Virus record (IMG/VR): IMGVR_UViG_3300034072_001149
Span: 1 to 64,000 of that record
Length of the DNA: 64,000 bases
Origin: a virus
Strand: one strand, 5' to 3'
Of this stretch, positions 18,429-28,897 are shown piece after piece. Both the position numbers and the translations under genes were made by a program. A model generated the notes under the pieces. That model saw only the letters and a program-made list of their open reading frames with translations, was not told where the DNA came from and searched no databases. Numbering within the stretch: position 1 is the first letter of the stretch; each line of letters opens with the position of its first letter.

Positions 18429-19553
18429 ATGGCCAAGATGTCAATGTGGAATCGTCACAAAAATGACGATTACTACTTTATTGATAATCAAGTTCGAGAA
18501 CAATTCAACATCGGCGGTGTTGAAGTTCTTCTACACAAGTATCTTGGCATCCACGATCAGGGTGAACAGGGCGACGCTACCCAACCCAGCAAAGCCAAGA
18601 GCAAAAAGCAAGGCATTCGTCAGATACAGGATCTATTCTTCTTGGAGAACCGAGATAGAGCCTATGACCCTAACGTTTATGAGATGAGAGCATCCTATAA
18701 CGTTCAGGATACAGAGTTTGATATCAGACAATTTGGTTTATTCTTAGAAGCCGACACTTTGTATTTGGAGTTTCATATAAATGACACTCTGGAAAAGATC
18801 GGAAGAAAGCTGATGTCCGGAGACGTGCTTGAATTTCCTCATATGAGGGATGATGCTCTTTTGGATGAAGATGCTCCTGCTATCAACAAATACTATGTGG
18901 TAAACGACGTAAGTAGGGCCGCAGGCGGATGGTCTCAGGTGTGGAGACCGCATATTTTCAGAGTCAAGTGTAAGCCTTTGACTGATAGTCAGGAATACAA
19001 AGACATCCTTGATAAAGCGGCCACTGATGCCAACGGCGATGATACTGGTTTCAATATCCGTGACCTAATTAGTGATTTCAGGGATCAGATTGAAATCAGT
19101 GATGCGATTGTAGAGCAAGCCAACAATGATGTTTCGCTAAGAAATTTTGAAACCGCTCACTTCTATGTGGTTCCTGGAGATGAAATGGGTAAACAGTATC
19201 CATGGATATTCGCTGGCGATGGTAAGCCACCTAACGGTGCAGAGCTCGCCGGAGCCGGTATGAGCTTCCCAGACGAACCAAGGGATGGTGACTGGTTTCT
19301 ACACCTTGGTATGGAACCCAATGTTCTATATCAATTCGTAGGTAACCAAGAACTTGATCAGTTCGGTCAGCCCACCGGGGCGGGCGGCGGTTCTTGGCAT
19401 CGTAGAGAAGTGGATCTGCGAAAGAAATGGCAAGCCGCACACAGAATACTTCAAAGTTTCATCAACAATGATCGAACCGGCGACATCGGTGGCGACCAGG
19501 TTAAAGAAAAGGTGGCCTTGTCAAAAGCCGTCAAACCTCGCGCGGATTTCTAA
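18429..19553 (+). CDS. gp14: Neck protein (T4 gp14-like)
   Basis: IQDLFFLENRDR, QFGLFL, GRKLMSGDVLE and DSQEY; divergent from gp13. Confidence 0.8.
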   Translation: MAKMSMWNRHKNDDYYFIDNQVREQFNIGGVEVLLHKYLGIHDQGEQGDATQPSKAKSKKQGIRQIQDLFFLENRDRAYDPNVYEMRASYNVQDTEFDIRQFGLFLEADTLYLEFHINDTLEKIGRKLMSGDVLEFPHMRDDALLDEDAPAINKYYVVNDVSRAAGGWSQVWRPHIFRVKCKPLTDSQEYKDILDKAATDANGDDTGFNIRDLISDFRDQIEISDAIVEQANNDVSLRNFETAHFYVVPGDEMGKQYPWIFAGDGKPPNGAELAGAGMSFPDEPRDGDWFLHLGMEPNVLYQFVGNQELDQFGQPTGAGGGSWHRREVDLRKKWQAAHRILQSFINNDRTGDIGGDQVKEKVALSKAVKPRADF

Positions 19554-19563
19554 GGAGAATAGA

Positions 19564-20004
19564 ATGAAAACAGGTTCAAAAGGAATTGAGTTAATCAAAT
19601 CGTTTGAAGGGTTCAAGGCAGAAGCCTATCTCTGCCCTGCAAATGTTTGGACGATCGGATATGGTACAACCTCTGGTGTAAAGAGAGGACAAACGGTTAC
19701 TATCAAGGAAGCTGAAGATCTGCTCCAGAAAGATCTGGTCAAGTTTGAAAACACAGTCAATAGTGCCGTGAAGGTCAAGCTGACGCAGGATCAATTCGAT
19801 GCCTTGGTATCGTTTGTTTATAATGTTGGCCCAGGTAATTTCAGAAGCTCTACTCTTCTGAGCTTGTTGAATCAGGGTGATTATGCTTCGGTGCCATTCC
19901 AGATGGCACGATGGAACCGAGCAAACGGTCGAGTTCTAGCCGGTTTAACTCGTCGCCGAAAAGCTGAAGGTGACCTATTCAGAACTGGTAGATTTACCGC
20001 TTAA
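19564..20004 (+). CDS. Lysozyme/endolysin (GH24)
   Basis: IKSFEG..AYLCPANVWTIGYG, QFDALVSF and LAGLTRRRKAE. Start at ATG 19564 after AAGGAG. Confidence 0.93.
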   Translation: MKTGSKGIELIKSFEGFKAEAYLCPANVWTIGYGTTSGVKRGQTVTIKEAEDLLQKDLVKFENTVNSAVKVKLTQDQFDALVSFVYNVGPGNFRSSTLLSLLNQGDYASVPFQMARWNRANGRVLAGLTRRRKAEGDLFRTGRFTA

Positions 20005-20013
20005 GGAGCGATA

Positions 20014-21405
20014 ATGTCATTAGACTATTGGTATGACGGGCAGTTGCGTCGCTACTGGCTTCAATTCTGTAGGATTTTTGAAGGCTTTCAATATGAAAGC
20101 GGTGTTGGTGCCAACGGCACCAAGACCCTTCGTACCTTCCCAGTTAGTCTTGGAGGGAAAAATCGTCAAGTAGGTCATATTCTAAGAAACGGTAGCGAAA
20201 ACACGATGCTATCAACTCCTAGAATAACTTGTGAGATGACAGAGATTGTGCCGTCAAGTGAACGACGTCAAACACCCAATCATGTTTCAACGGTCAACAT
20301 CTTTGAAAGGGCAATTGATCCCAATACTAACCTCTATACCAATGAACTAGGAAAAACCTATACGGTAGAAAGGTTTATGGCGATTCCCTATGATATTACC
20401 ATGAGGGTCAACGTCTGGACTTCTAATGAACAGCAAAAACATCAGTTCATGGAGCAAGTATTGGTTCTATTCAACCCTAGTATTGATATCCAAACTGGAG
20501 ATAATCCAATTGATTGGACCAGCTTGACTATTGTTGAATTGGACTCAATCACTTGGACTAACCGTGAGCTTCCAATAGGAACTGAAGACGATATTGAAAT
20601 TGCCACCTTGACATTCAAGATGCCTATTTGGTTAACGCCTCCGGCGAAAATCAAGAGACAGAACATCATTCATCAAATCATTACTAACATTGGTGAGATG
20701 AATAAGAGTTATGTTGATGAACAAGCCGGTGGCTATAACTTCTCCCCAACTGATCTTCATACTAGAGTCATTGTAACTCCTGGGAATCACCAGGCTAGAG
20801 CTGAAGTGCTTTTGGATTCTGCCGGTAGACCTTATTGTGAAATCACTCTTTTGAGTGAGGAAGGTCTGGTCACTAGGCCAAATAGCGAAGAAGTATGGGA
20901 CTGGAGAGAACTCCTCACTAGATATGGACAGTATCGAAAAGGGGTTAGTCAGTTCCGTCTCAAAACCACTAACGATTTGGATGATGAGGACTCGGACATC
21001 ATTGGAATTTTCGATTTCCATCCAACTGAGCGCAATAAGATTCTCTGGACACCAGATCCAGAAACCTTGCCGATCAACACATTACAGACCATAAACGGTA
21101 TGGTCAGCCCAAACAGAGGTCATGCGCCTGGACGTGGATTACCAGATGCTGAGACGGGTCAACGATATCTGTTAGCGGACGATCTGAATGCTGTCCCTGA
21201 ATGGACAAATCTCATAGCATCTGCCAATGATATAATTGAGTTCGATGGCAACGAATGGAAGATTTCCTTTGACGCTTCTGTTGTTACTGACGTCAAGGTT
21301 GTTTTAAACGGAAGATCAGGAAAACAACTTCGCTGGACGGGGGAAATTTGGGTCGATGCTATATCGGCCGACTATAATCCCGGATATTGGCGAATTTTCC
21401 TGTGA
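20014..21405 (+). CDS. gp15: Tail sheath stabilizer/terminator (T4 gp15-like) with C-terminal extension
   Basis: YWYDGQLRRY, ERFMAIPY, QVLVLFNP, DWTSL and PIWLTPP motifs. Confidence 0.8.
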   Translation: MSLDYWYDGQLRRYWLQFCRIFEGFQYESGVGANGTKTLRTFPVSLGGKNRQVGHILRNGSENTMLSTPRITCEMTEIVPSSERRQTPNHVSTVNIFERAIDPNTNLYTNELGKTYTVERFMAIPYDITMRVNVWTSNEQQKHQFMEQVLVLFNPSIDIQTGDNPIDWTSLTIVELDSITWTNRELPIGTEDDIEIATLTFKMPIWLTPPAKIKRQNIIHQIITNIGEMNKSYVDEQAGGYNFSPTDLHTRVIVTPGNHQARAEVLLDSAGRPYCEITLLSEEGLVTRPNSEEVWDWRELLTRYGQYRKGVSQFRLKTTNDLDDEDSDIIGIFDFHPTERNKILWTPDPETLPINTLQTINGMVSPNRGHAPGRGLPDAETGQRYLLADDLNAVPEWTNLIASANDIIEFDGNEWKISFDASVVTDVKVVLNGRSGKQLRWTGEIWVDAISADYNPGYWRIFL

Positions 21406-21465
21406 CGGCATAGAAGCCTGTGCGGCACATACCGAACACCTAGCCGGACGTAACCAGCAGACTGG

Positions 21466-21705
21466 TCAAATATCCGGTGTAACGTTCTTGCGGGCTTCTA
21501 TCTGTTCTATAAACCATTGAGTTGAATGTTCTGCAGAACAGAAATCCACTCTAAAATCTGTATAATAGCTTATGGCGGGATTTGCCCAATAGATTCCTCG
21601 CCCATATTCATCTTTTAGATAGCCGGCATCAGATAAAAGCTTACCACAAATCTGACACTTGGTAATCCGCGAATTCACCAAATCAAACATATTGACTCCA
21701 TTCAT
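21466..21705 (-). CDS. Small putative Zn-binding protein
   Basis: CQIC...FCSAEH motif. Confidence 0.45.
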   Translation of the reverse strand: MNGVNMFDLVNSRITKCQICGKLLSDAGYLKDEYGRGIYWANPAISYYTDFRVDFCSAEHSTQWFIEQIEARKNVTPDI

Positions 21706-21744
21706 GTGACTCCGTTACTGGTGAACTGAGGAAAGGTCAAGACA

Positions 21745-22134
21745 ATGCGCGAAACAACTAAAATCAATCTCATCATAAGATATCTGGACGATGACGGTGA
21801 ATATGTCTATCTAGAGAGTTTCAATATCAACGATCGTCGTAACATAGTGGTTTATGAGTGCTATAGCCTTGAAGATGCTAAGAATCTAGAAGGTCTGGCT
21901 GAAGAGCAAATTTTAGCTGTATTCGAAGCATTTCAGAAAGAACATAAACACAAAAATTGTGAGTTTGTTACTATCACGACTACTGAAAAAGTTGATGACT
22001 TTCTTGAAGATGATGACCGACTCAAAGAGATACGAAAGATGTCTGGCATTGCCAAACTTACTGAAAGTGAGATCAAAGCCTTGGATCTGGTTAATACTGC
22101 CGTTTATATCAAAACCAAATATCACAACGCATAG
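21745..22134 (+). CDS. Hypothetical protein
   Basis: RBS present; C-terminus resembles that of 29604..30113. Confidence 0.65.
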   Translation: MRETTKINLIIRYLDDDGEYVYLESFNINDRRNIVVYECYSLEDAKNLEGLAEEQILAVFEAFQKEHKHKNCEFVTITTTEKVDDFLEDDDRLKEIRKMSGIAKLTESEIKALDLVNTAVYIKTKYHNA

Positions 22135-22201
22135 TCCGCATTGAAACCATAATGCTTGACTCCTGAGCATAGTCTGTTAGACATCTGCAAAAGGAGAATC
22201 T

Positions 22202-22846
22202 ATGACGATCCGCACCGTTTATAAAGTAAAAGATTTGAACACTGGCCTTTATATGGGCAAAGGCGGACATTGGGATAAAAAAGGCAAAACCTGGGAATCC
22301 ATTGGACAGCTTAAACTCACTTTGGGCAACGCCGGATGGTGGTCCAAAAGCAATCCCAAATTGAATAATTCTGATCTTCCAGATCCTGACGTAAAGATCA
22401 TAGAGATCAAGATTACAGAGTCTGAAGATAATATGACCAATCTTCATGAGTTGGTCAGCCGCCAAAGGCGATATATCGCGCTTGAGGAAAAGTTTGGCAC
22501 ATCGTTCAGGGATCTGGTCGAACGGATTGAAGCTCAAGGTCAAGAAAACCAGTTTCAGTGGGTTATGATCGTCCAGTCAAGCTATGACTATAACAACAAA
22601 GTCCACAAAGGTGATATTGTGGAAATGCTTGACTTGATCAAGAGCATGAAGCTCAAACATAACAAAGACTTCAAGAAGGCTTCCAGCTATTTCCACGGCC
22701 AGGCGGCGATTGCCTTTGCTAGCAAAATGGTAGCCATGCAGATTCGTTTGGCAATGAAGGCCAGCGTCCAAAGTGTGGATATCAAGAATTTTATTGAAAC
22801 AAATCTTGACGACTCGGAAGAACTACTGCTAAATAGTAGCACATAA
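22202..22846 (+). CDS. Hypothetical protein (paralog of 31517..32098)
   Basis: Shared N-terminus YKV(K/R)D..TG..GKTW; AAGGAG RBS. Confidence 0.7.
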   Translation: MTIRTVYKVKDLNTGLYMGKGGHWDKKGKTWESIGQLKLTLGNAGWWSKSNPKLNNSDLPDPDVKIIEIKITESEDNMTNLHELVSRQRRYIALEEKFGTSFRDLVERIEAQGQENQFQWVMIVQSSYDYNNKVHKGDIVEMLDLIKSMKLKHNKDFKKASSYFHGQAAIAFASKMVAMQIRLAMKASVQSVDIKNFIETNLDDSEELLLNSST

Positions 22847-22911
22847 GACATCGTGAATCCATTCGGGGTTACACGAACTTATTCAACAGACCTATCGGAA
22901 GGTAAGGTACT

Positions 22912-23907
22912 ATGACACTGAAATCACAAATACTCGATCTGTCGCGCCAGAACAATATTGGTGCTCTCTCCCCGTTCATGGATCGTCTCCTCGACGACCA
23001 GATTGAAGCAGGACTCTTCCCAACGACCACTGAGTTAGAGGTAACCAAGGACTCTATTATTGAGTTTCTGGTCAACTACCGCGAGCAGACTGGTCGACAG
23101 ACGGTGGTTCTGGGGATGAGCGGAGGCGTTGACTCGGCCCTCACGGCAGCACTATTCAAGAGCGCCGGCTGGCGAGTCATTGGCGTCACTATGCCTATCC
23201 ATCAGAACCCTGAGGAAACTGCTCGTGGCAAGGAAGCTTGCGAGGCTCTGGGAATCGAGGCCCGTCACATCGACCTCTCTGAACTTTATGATGTAACGTT
23301 GGCGCACGAAGCTGCTCTGGATCCAGAGCTCAACGGCATCATCATGGAAACCTTCGGCAACGAAAGGCGCGTTGCTATTCGCAAGGGCAACATCCGTGCC
23401 CGACTTCGCATGATCACGCTTTACAATCTCGCAGCCAAGGAAGGCGGGCTGGTCGCTTCGACTGATAACTTCAGCGAACTCACCGCTGGTTTCTGGACCC
23501 TTCATGGAGATGTGGGTGATGTCTCGCCCATTCAGGCTTTGCTGAAGAGCTGGGAAGTCCCTTATATCTCGAGCATTGCAGGTGTCCCTGAAAGCACCTA
23601 TCGCGCAACGCCAACTGATGGCCTGGGTATTAGCAACGGTGACGAAGCCCAGCTGGGTGCCAGCTATCTCGAATGGGACATCATGGTCAACGCCATGATG
23701 CGAGTCGATCTGCATTCGCTGAAGAAGTTCATCGAAGCCAGCAAGGACGAACGCGCCATGGAAGTATACCAGGCAGTTAGCGAGCGTCTCGGAGGAAGCT
23801 GGTTCAAGCGTATGAACCCAGTCAACACCAAGCACCCGCTCTTCCCCGAGCGTTATGATCAGCTTGCTGGGCTGGATCAGGAATTTCAGCCCAAGGTTGT
23901 CCTCTAA
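22912..23907 (+). CDS. nadE: NH3-dependent NAD+ synthetase
   Basis: LGMSGGVDS, GNIRARLRM, GFWTLHGD, PTDGL and DEAQLG motifs. Confidence 0.95.
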   Translation: MTLKSQILDLSRQNNIGALSPFMDRLLDDQIEAGLFPTTTELEVTKDSIIEFLVNYREQTGRQTVVLGMSGGVDSALTAALFKSAGWRVIGVTMPIHQNPEETARGKEACEALGIEARHIDLSELYDVTLAHEAALDPELNGIIMETFGNERRVAIRKGNIRARLRMITLYNLAAKEGGLVASTDNFSELTAGFWTLHGDVGDVSPIQALLKSWEVPYISSIAGVPESTYRATPTDGLGISNGDEAQLGASYLEWDIMVNAMMRVDLHSLKKFIEASKDERAMEVYQAVSERLGGSWFKRMNPVNTKHPLFPERYDQLAGLDQEFQPKVVL

Positions 23908-23993
23908 TCACCTTTTGGTTGCGATAACACGGAGACGTGTTATCGCACCATTAGCCGTTGACAAGAAAATTCCGCTGACAAAGGAGAACAGCA

Positions 23994-25307
23994 ATGACTG
24001 ATCTCGCACTTCGCGCCCACAATAAGAACTGGCGGCTTGATCCAATTGTTCGGTCGCTGCTAGACACCGATTTCTACAAGCTGATGATGGGGCAGTTCAT
24101 CTGGGAACGCTACCCACTTCACGTTGTGACCTTTGGTCTCAAGAACCGAACAAAGACATTTGTTCTGGCCAATCACATCCATATCGATGATCTCGTCGAT
24201 CAGCTAAACTATGTTCAATCTTTGAGGTTCACTCCTCAGGAGTTGATCTGGCTACAGGGCAATACCTTTTATGGTCAAGAGAGGATCTTCAAACCCGCTT
24301 ATATTGATTTTCTCAGAACGCTGAAGCTGCCTCCCTATGAGATCAGATTCAATCAAGATGGGGACTATGCTATTACCTTCACTGGAAACTGGGCAGAAGT
24401 CACCTTTTGGGAAATTTATGCCCTCTCCATCATCAGTGAACTTAAGAGTCGAGCAGCGATGCGGTCACTCAGCAAGTTTGAACTGGATATCCTCTATTCA
24501 GGCGCCAAGTCCAAACTTTGGGGGAACCTGAAGCGGATTCGAGAGGCCGGAGTTCGAGGTCTGTCGGATATGGGAACTCGTCGCAGGCACGGTTTTCTTT
24601 TTCAGGAATGGGCGGTCCTCGCCGCAGCTGAAGCTCTAGGTGAAGGATTTTCTGGAACCAGCAATGCCTATCTGGCCATGAAACACGGCTTTGAAGCCAT
24701 TGGAACCAATGCTCATGAATTGCCTATGACGCTTGCTGCTATCAAGGCAAGCCAGGGTGGTACTGATGACGAAATACGTCAAACGCAATATGACGTTCTT
24801 CATAAATGGCAGAATCAATATTCAGGAAATGTTCTTGTTGCTCTGCCTGATACCTTTGGCACTTCGCAGTTTCTCAAGGAGGCTCCGCAGTATTTGAGTA
24901 ACTGGAGGGGTTTTCGTCCTGATAGCAAGGAGCCGGATGCTGCCACTGAAGAGCTGATTGCCTTTTGGAAGCGTATGGGAGTTGATCCTTCGAAGAAGCT
25001 GGTGCTCTACAGCGATGGTCTGGATGCCGATGAAATCATTCGCATCTGGAAGAAGTGGAATGGTATTGTGCAGGTCGGCTTTGGTTGGGGCACAAATCTC
25101 ACCAACGATTTCAAGGGTTGTCATCCTCGTGGTGAAAATACGTTGGATCCGCTATCTTTGGTTTGTAAGGTTGTGGAGGCTGATGGTCATCCGGCAGTAA
25201 AGCTCTCGGATAATTTTGCCAAAGCAACTGGGCCGGCTGACGAAGTTGACCGCTACCGTAAGATCTTTGGATCAGAAGGTATGAGTAATATTGGAGTAGT
25301 GGTCTAA
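23994..25307 (+). CDS. pncB: Nicotinate phosphoribosyltransferase
   Basis: SLLDTDFYKL, GTRRRH, GTNAHE, LPDTFGT, RPDS, SDGLD, GWGTNLTND and VKLSDN motifs. Confidence 0.95.
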   Translation: MTDLALRAHNKNWRLDPIVRSLLDTDFYKLMMGQFIWERYPLHVVTFGLKNRTKTFVLANHIHIDDLVDQLNYVQSLRFTPQELIWLQGNTFYGQERIFKPAYIDFLRTLKLPPYEIRFNQDGDYAITFTGNWAEVTFWEIYALSIISELKSRAAMRSLSKFELDILYSGAKSKLWGNLKRIREAGVRGLSDMGTRRRHGFLFQEWAVLAAAEALGEGFSGTSNAYLAMKHGFEAIGTNAHELPMTLAAIKASQGGTDDEIRQTQYDVLHKWQNQYSGNVLVALPDTFGTSQFLKEAPQYLSNWRGFRPDSKEPDAATEELIAFWKRMGVDPSKKLVLYSDGLDADEIIRIWKKWNGIVQVGFGWGTNLTNDFKGCHPRGENTLDPLSLVCKVVEADGHPAVKLSDNFAKATGPADEVDRYRKIFGSEGMSNIGVVV

Positions 25308-25651
25308 TGACGAAGGCAAATCCCCGCTTTGATTGTACGACGCCAGGATGCGGTGCCAAGAACACTCGCAAACAGCTCAGGATCAATAATGGGATTTGCC
25401 TTCATTGTAAAAAGAGCATGACTCACAAAAACTGGATGGGTCAGCATACGGCTAGTGCTGCGCAGATATTGTCATTACCTAAATCAGACGAACTTGATAT
25501 CGAGAATATTGCTAGAATAGTTGGTATCTCTCAAACCGATCTGATGTCTTTGGCGATTCAGGATAAAATTAGGGTTTGGCTTTCTGATCCAAACAGTATA
25601 GAGGTTGCGGTGAAGCAAGATATGATGCTTGCCAAACTCTACAGGAGATAA
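25307..25651 (+). CDS. Hypothetical Zn-finger protein
   Basis: CxxxxC...CLHC; translationally coupled to pncB. Confidence 0.55.
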   Translation: MTKANPRFDCTTPGCGAKNTRKQLRINNGICLHCKKSMTHKNWMGQHTASAAQILSLPKSDELDIENIARIVGISQTDLMSLAIQDKIRVWLSDPNSIEVAVKQDMMLAKLYRR

Positions 25652-25653
25652 AA

Positions 25654-26331
25654 ATGGCGTATTGTTATCCGTTCCGTATGGCCAGTGGCACAGCCACTAT
25701 GCTTCCCATTGATGCCAAGAGGGAACGGGTTCTACTTGGTATTCGCTCCAAGAATGCTTGGGTATATCCCAACAAGCTAAGTCTGCCCGGTGGTTTCATG
25801 GAAGCCCGGTTTACTGAAGAACAGAATCATGACCTCATGAGCCAGGCTCGACAGTTTGTGATGAGCCTGCTGGGTTGGAAGCTTGCTGCTGACGAATATT
25901 CCGAAGGCGAAACTCTTGAACAATGCGCGGTGCGCGAAGTCAGCGAAGAAATGCTGATTGAGATTGGAAGCCACCAACTCAAGTTGTTTGGAGTTCGTAG
26001 CAATGCGAGAACCGATACTCGTGCCCATGTGATCAATGCCTGTTATTATTTTGAAATGACCGATGAGCAGATCGCTTCGGCCGCAGCAGGAGATGATCTC
26101 GAGGAACTCGTCTGGCACGATATGTCAGATTTCGATCTGGAGATGCCTTTTGAGGCCATGAAAGCCAAATACGATATGGCCTTCAATCACTTTGAAGTGA
26201 TGATCCAGGGTATCGCGGCGTGGCGTGAAGACAAGAGAATTGAGGAACTCAAAGCCGAGAATGCTCGGCTTCGTGATCGACTCAGTGACGCAAGCTGGTC
26301 GCTGAACGCCGATCGGCAAGGAGGTGCTTAA
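25654..26331 (+). CDS. Nudix hydrolase (ADP-ribose pyrophosphatase-like)
   Basis: LPGGF...GETLEQCAVREVSEE Nudix box, RTDTR, AGDD and AFNH. Confidence 0.88.
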   Translation: MAYCYPFRMASGTATMLPIDAKRERVLLGIRSKNAWVYPNKLSLPGGFMEARFTEEQNHDLMSQARQFVMSLLGWKLAADEYSEGETLEQCAVREVSEEMLIEIGSHQLKLFGVRSNARTDTRAHVINACYYFEMTDEQIASAAAGDDLEELVWHDMSDFDLEMPFEAMKAKYDMAFNHFEVMIQGIAAWREDKRIEELKAENARLRDRLSDASWSLNADRQGGA

Positions 26332-26936
26332 TGGCAAAGAGAACCGCACTGGCAGCAATGAGGACAATGCCTCTCCACAAGGGCCATACGCTGATTGCTC
26401 AGCAGATGGTCGACAATTACGACACCGTAATCATTTGTAACGGCTCGGCGGACAAACCTATCACTATTCAAAATCCGTTTCCAGTTCAGGTCCGAATAGA
26501 GATGTGGAAACGTGTCTTCGGTGATCGTATCAAGCTGGTCCCGGTATCAGATCTGGGTGCAACAAGCGATACCAACGAATGGTGTGATTATCTATTGGCC
26601 AAGATCAAAGCTCTTGGCTTGCCAGATCCAACGGATTATTGGACCGGGTCACCGGCTGATGCTATCTGGTATAGGGGCCGATTCTTCAACAAGGAATGTG
26701 GTTCACCGGCAGATGACAACCCGGACGAATTCATCCGGCGTTATATGCCCAACGGCGTTTTTCGACAGCTTCACATGGTCGAGAGGACGGGGAATTATAT
26801 CCCTAGCGCCACAGAATTGCGTCAGTTCATGGTCACTAGAGATGACGGTTGGAAACGTTGGGTTCCTGCTGTTATACATGATCTCGTCGAGGAACATTTC
26901 CCCGAAGAGTTCAAAGTAGGCCATGGAGACAGCTAA
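26331..26936 (+). CDS. NMN/NaMN adenylyltransferase (NadM-like)
   Basis: PLHKGH (HxGH), GSA...NPF..R and SATELR motifs. Confidence 0.88.
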   Translation: MAKRTALAAMRTMPLHKGHTLIAQQMVDNYDTVIICNGSADKPITIQNPFPVQVRIEMWKRVFGDRIKLVPVSDLGATSDTNEWCDYLLAKIKALGLPDPTDYWTGSPADAIWYRGRFFNKECGSPADDNPDEFIRRYMPNGVFRQLHMVERTGNYIPSATELRQFMVTRDDGWKRWVPAVIHDLVEEHFPEEFKVGHGDS

Positions 26937-27277
26937 TGGGCGATATGGGAGACCTGTTCAAGGACCTCAAAGATTTCAAGCAAATGCGGGCCCAAAAACG
27001 GGTCGCTGAGTTTGAAAGCAAACGAGCTGATATCGAGACGCTGATTAGTTCGATTGTTGATGACAGGCTGGGACAGGTCTTTTTTAATGTCGATAGAAGT
27101 GGCACCTTCAACATCCGACTGAAAAGCAATACCGGTCCAGTCAGGAAACGAGAAAGTCTAACAACGATCCAATTCTATCCTACCAAAGGCACCTGGCAGA
27201 TCAAAGGTAAAATGTTCCATGGTGGAGTAGATGCTTTCACTGCTTGGATTGAAAAAGCACTAAGGAAATTGATGTGA
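26936..27277 (+). CDS. Hypothetical protein
   Basis: Coupled ORF (MGDMGD.F...FYPTKGTW). Confidence 0.65.
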   Translation: MGDMGDLFKDLKDFKQMRAQKRVAEFESKRADIETLISSIVDDRLGQVFFNVDRSGTFNIRLKSNTGPVRKRESLTTIQFYPTKGTWQIKGKMFHGGVDAFTAWIEKALRKLM

Positions 27278-27702
27278 GCGCAGTTATCCAAACCGTTGAA
27301 TCAGTCGAGCCTTATGGTGAAAACCTGTCAATTGTCACCACAAGTGAAGGACACAAGGTCATTGCCAATCGCAAACAAGACGGAAGCTTTCGATGGAAAG
27401 AAGGCGAAGTCGTTTGTTATGTCAGCGAAGGCTCCATCATCCCTGACGATGTGCTCAAAGAGCGTGGCTACTGGGACGAGGAAAAGGATCGCGGCCTGCT
27501 TGACGGTGGCAAGAGAAATCGCGTCAAGATGAAGAAACTTGCTGGCTTTGAATCTCGGGGTCTGCTTTTCAAAGTCATGGAAGGCGGCGCAGGTCCTCTG
27601 AACGGAGATCTTTGGGTGGTCCGAGGAGATCAGAATAGCTTGATGCTGGCTCCAGGCGATGATGTCTCGGAGTTCTTCGGCATCACCGAGTTCAAGGGAT
27701 AA
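27274..27702 (+). CDS. Stand-alone OB-fold domain resembling the N-terminus of DRB0094-type RNA ligases
   Basis: VESVEP..NL, GEVVCYVSEGSIIP, RVKMKKLAGFESRGL and GDDVSEFFGI motifs. Confidence 0.7.
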   Translation: MSAVIQTVESVEPYGENLSIVTTSEGHKVIANRKQDGSFRWKEGEVVCYVSEGSIIPDDVLKERGYWDEEKDRGLLDGGKRNRVKMKKLAGFESRGLLFKVMEGGAGPLNGDLWVVRGDQNSLMLAPGDDVSEFFGITEFKG

Positions 27703-27758
27703 CAGTTCTGGTTGACAAATCAGGATTAGGTTATACGAATAAAAGATTGGAGGACAAT

Positions 27759-28379
27759 ATGTCAAAGTTTCTAATCGTTGTGGACACCCAAAAGGATTTC
27801 ATGGATCCTAGTGGGGCTCTATACGTTCCCAATGCCAATGAAATCATTACACCGGCTCAACAGTTCCTGCGGGACCTTAACCCCCGGGAATATGCTGGTG
27901 TTCTGTTCACAATGGACACTCACACGATTGATACCTACGCAGGATCACCTGAAAGTGAACAGTTTGGCATCCACTGTGACAAAGCCACAGACGGATGGCG
28001 GAACGTCTTCAATCCTGAATATATGGCAGAAGCCTTGCCGATTTACTATCTCGAAAAAGGCGTCTTCAATATGTGGGAAGAACCTGGTCTGCAGGTTTAT
28101 CCGTCCAGTGGAGTTGAGAACTCGTATGACGAGACCCGTGGTCTCCAGGGTAACGAAGTCGGTATTGATCGTGACCAGTTCTTTGCTCAGCTACTCAGCC
28201 AGGGCATGACGATCCAAGTGATCGGGGTAGCAAGTGACTTCTGTGTGAAATGGGCTGTTGACGGTCTCATCCGTCAGGGATTCCAAGTGGAGGTCATTGA
28301 TGCTCTGACCCGAGGTATATATGACCAGACCTCGGAAGTTTTCGCAGCAGAAGGTTATGGTCTGGTAAAGGTGATCTAA
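27759..28379 (+). CDS. pncA: Nicotinamidase
   Basis: IVVDTQKDF..GAL, DTH, HC, KG and GVASDFCV motifs. Start MSKFL after GGAGG. Confidence 0.93.
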   Translation: MSKFLIVVDTQKDFMDPSGALYVPNANEIITPAQQFLRDLNPREYAGVLFTMDTHTIDTYAGSPESEQFGIHCDKATDGWRNVFNPEYMAEALPIYYLEKGVFNMWEEPGLQVYPSSGVENSYDETRGLQGNEVGIDRDQFFAQLLSQGMTIQVIGVASDFCVKWAVDGLIRQGFQVEVIDALTRGIYDQTSEVFAAEGYGLVKVI

Positions 28380-28852
28380 TGGGTAAAATAGTCAAAAGTC
28401 CTGGTTCGCTATTACCGATCCAAAATCGCAGTATCTTCCTAGCCGGTGGGATCAGCAACTGTCCCGATTGGCAGGAGGAAGTTGCCCAGCGTATTGCTGA
28501 AAGCGTAGACGACTGTGTGGTCTATAACCCTCGGCGCGATGATTTTGATATGTCGGCCTATGAGACAATCAGCAGACAGCAGATCACCTGGGAATATCAT
28601 GCCCTCAGGATGTCTACCGCGAATCTGTTTTGGTTTCCAAGCGAGACCCTCTGTCCTATCGCACTATTCGAATATGGGAGCGCACTAGAACGTCTTTCTG
28701 TTGGTGCGGTAATGTGTGGAGCTCATCCGGACTATGAGCGACGCTTTGATCTAGTTGAGCAGACCCGTTTGCGTAATGGAATGCCAATTCTGGATAACCT
28801 TGATACCCTTGTCAAGGAAACTATCATATTGCTAAAAAGTATTCCTGCTTGA
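28379..28852 (+). CDS. Nucleoside 2-deoxyribosyltransferase-like protein
   Basis: SIFLAGGISNCPDWQ, NPRR, QITWE and CPIALFEYG motifs. Confidence 0.8.
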   Translation: MGKIVKSPGSLLPIQNRSIFLAGGISNCPDWQEEVAQRIAESVDDCVVYNPRRDDFDMSAYETISRQQITWEYHALRMSTANLFWFPSETLCPIALFEYGSALERLSVGAVMCGAHPDYERRFDLVEQTRLRNGMPILDNLDTLVKETIILLKSIPA

Positions 28853-28897
28853 CAATTCTCCTTTTCTCGCTAAACAGGTGAGGAAAGGAGACAAACA

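Noticed and set aside
19354-19563. N-terminal extension of the lysozyme
   Set aside because: It overlaps the neck gene, and a strong RBS precedes ATG 19564.
23994-25307. NadV/Nampt (NARP2) call
   Set aside because: The motifs match PncB, and the presence of pncA and nadE fits the deamidated route.
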